Shown: positions 61,114 to 64,000 of the stretch, one piece after another
How the letters are laid out: the number at the start of each line of letters is the position of its first letter
Position numbering within the stretch: position 1 is the stretch's first letter
NCBI GenBank assembly: GCA_030390025.1
Contig: CM059449.1
Coordinates: forward strand, 2,418,001-2,482,000
Origin: Squalus acanthias
Lineage: Eukaryota
DNA length: 64,000 nucleotides
Direction: 5' to 3'
Translations under genes and position numbers: made by a program
The notes under the pieces: generated by a model
What the model was told of the DNA's origin: nothing
Database searches by the model: none
What the model saw: only the letters and a program-made list of their open reading frames with translations

Positions 61114-64000
61114 CAGTAATGGGCCTGTTTCTTTTTACCTCCAATTTCAGTTTCTCATTCCATTTCCTCCCGGGTGTTTCTGTGTAATAAACATTTCCAA
61201 TTGTAACTCAGTTTGTAATCAGTGTTTGACTGGAACCCCAGCAGGGCCGGGGTCACTGAATAACCCTCCCACCCTCACCCTGCAACTTATCATCCCCGCC
61301 CAACCTGTACTGGAACGGAGTCTCTGCCCCTCCAGAGACCACAGCCTGGAATTCTTGTGCAGATATTACCCGATCGATCTGTGAGGTTATCAGTCCCGAT
61401 CCGGAGTGAAGTGTCTGTAACTCAGTCCCGATCCGGAGTGAAGTGTCTGTATATCAGTCCTGGTCCGGAGTGAAGTGTCTGTAACTCGGTCCCGATCCGG
61501 AGTGAAGTGTCTGTAACTCAGTCCCAAGCTGAAGTGAAGTGTCTGTAACTCAGTCCTGTTGTACCAGCCCCGTGCTCTCTCCCATGATTATATTCTGGGC
61601 AGGGAATTTTTCGGAGGCAGTTTTGAGGGTCAGGTCACCAGGACTCGTGTTTCTGCTCGCAGTGTTTTATATTATTGCTGTAACAGCATTATTCCAGCAC
61701 TGGGCTAATCTCTACTTTGGGAGCGACACATAGAGTGGCCAAACCCAGGGATGTCAGCCCCGGGGTCCAGCTCCTCCGAGGGATTATTGCCGAGTTTCCA
61801 TCACTCGATATTAATCAGTTAATGTTTGTAAAGGCTTCTTTCAGTAAAATAGATTTTATAAATCTGCTAACGCCACAAATGAACAACACGTTTATCGGTG
61901 TTTCCATGTCACTGGCTTTTTACAGAGTGAATAAATAGATCCGTGGAAACAATGAGGTTGATTTGAGTGGTGTTTTATTCCAGAAATTTCAAGTATTTCC
62001 TTGCTCGTTTTGTGGCCCCATTTACTCCACGTTTTACTGTTTTCAGACTCTTGTCGGCAATCCTGATCTCAGCAATTCTGTGAAGATTCAGGAAGATTGG
62101 CCTAGAAATTGGTTATGGGTAACATTTAATTAACCTGTACCATGTTGTGTGTAATTTCACACGGTACCGTTACATTTATGTAGCCCATTTCTGTTAAACA
62201 GGTTAATGACTCGGCTCAAACACCTTGTGTTTCTCTGCTAATACCACCAACCAGCCAGAGTATTTCAATATAACCTGAATTATATTGGAAAGCAGAGTCT
62301 TAACATCACTGGGGAGAATGATGTTTGTACAATATGACATACAAGGAATGCACTTTTCAGTAGATGCTTTATTTTACACTCTAACTACAAACTCTGATCA
62401 GATTTTTTGAGTTTTTTTGCATTGTTTGTACTGTGGGCGTCAGTGGTAAGGCTGACAATTATTACCTGTTCCTAATTGCCCTTGACAAGGTGGTGGTGAG
62501 CTGCCTTCTTGAACCGCCACAGTCCGTGTGGTGAAGATACTCCCACAGTGCTGTTAGGGAGGGAGTTCCAGGATATTGACCCAGCGACGATGAAGGAACA
62601 GCCAATATATTTCCAAGTCAGGATAGTGTGTGACTTGTAGAAGAATTTGGAGGTGGTGGTGTTATTTTATTGTGGAGCATTTTAAACCAACACTCGACAC
62701 AAGGTTTTCGGATCGATAATCAAGTCGTCTTTATTACACCGGTGGGGAGATAGCCCACTCTGTCTTAGCTAGACATCTCCAAATTGTTACAGCAAACACT
62801 ACATTTTTATACATCACAATACACATGGCCATCTCATGCACAATTCATTCCTGCCACCTGATTGGACCTTGGCCCGCATGCATCTTCACTGATTGGTTGC
62901 CTATGCCACGTTACATTAAAGTACCGCCTCTATTATCGGAAAAGTATATGTCTGTTATCCCCCAAGCTGTTGTTGCACCTCTGACCTTTGTTTATGCCAA
63001 ATGGGGTCTCATCAACATTGTACTTCTGACTCATTGTCCTCCTTTCCTGCCTCTCCGGTCTTTTACTTCTAACCCATTGTTTACTTTCCTGCCAGAACAG
63101 GACTTACATCCTCTGGCCTCTTATGGTTTCCACATCCAACTATTTGCAACTGTCTCTAAGTGAGACAGTATGCAATTCTAACACTACTGCTTAGATTATC
63201 TCCATTGCCAGATCAGCAATTTTAGAAAAAGCTTACTACTGCAAAAGGCCTAATAGATTATTGTCTTTATCACACCATTCAGTTAAACTGCCATCGATGT
63301 CAGTTTAACTCTTTTCCCCCCTGCAATTTGATGGGGAATTTGGAGGTGACGGTGTTGGATTTGATGGGGAATTTGGAGGTGGTGTTGGATTTGATGGGGA
63401 ATTTGGAGGTGGTGGTGTTGGATTTGATGGTGAATTTGGAGGTGATGGTGTTGGATTTGATGGTGAATTTGGAGGTGGTGGTGTTGGATTTGATGGTGAA
63501 TTTGGAGGTGGTGGTGTTGGATTTGATGGTGAATTTGGAGGTGATGGTGTTGGATTTGATGGTGAATTTGGTGGTGATGGTGTTGGATTTGATGGTGAAT
63601 TTGGAGGTGATGGTGTTGGATTTGATGGGGAATTTGGAGGTGATGGTGTTGGATTTGATGGTGAATTTGGAGGTGATGGTGTTGGATTTGATGGGGAATT
63701 TGGAGGTGGTGTTGGATTTGATGGTGAATTTGGAGGTGATGGTGTTGGATTTGATGGTGAATTTGGAGGTGATGGTGTTGGATTTGATGGGGAATTTGGA
63801 GGTGGTGGTGTTGGATTTGATGGTGAATTTGGAGGTGATGGTGTTGGATTTGATGGGGAATTTGGAGGTGGTGGTGTTGGATTTGATGGGGAATTTGGAG
63901 GTGATGGTGTTGGATTTGATGGTGAATTTGGAGGTGATGGTGTTGGATTTGATGGTGAATTTGGAGGTGGTGGTGTTGGATTTGATGGGGAATTTGGAGG

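Larger units (their letters stand above)
51510..64000 (+). repeat. Recent segmental duplication copy 2 (runs to window end)
   Basis: Identity with 2733 onward begins at actgaattcaataaatct. Confidence 0.97.

Overview
Vertebrate genomic DNA, almost certainly from a cartilaginous fish (inferred from HE1/V-SINE, SacSINE/DeuSINE-type SINEs, abundant CR1 LINEs and Penelope-like elements). It holds a butyrophilin (BTN/BTNL)-like cluster. Gene A (+, 45262-61113) reconstructs as a complete 477-aa leader-IgV-IgC-TM-2 microexons-B30.2 protein with a lysine in its TM segment. Gene B (-, 25109-40141) lies head-to-head with gene A and reconstructs as a 360-aa leader-IgC-TM-2 microexons-B30.2 protein with no IgV exon; it has an IRF-element/ETS CpG-island promoter. 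A near-identical duplicate of the 3' part of gene A (2733-~15240) is joined on its 5' side, through a CR1 element, to an inverted copy of gene B's last intron, which suggests an inversion that created chimeric BTN genes. Also present: a decayed Cys-less IgV pseudo-exon, a Penelope element with a minimal hammerhead ribozyme, many minisatellites, MITEs, SINEs and nested LINEs. Gene models are read by eye from splice signals and reading frames; there is no expression evidence.
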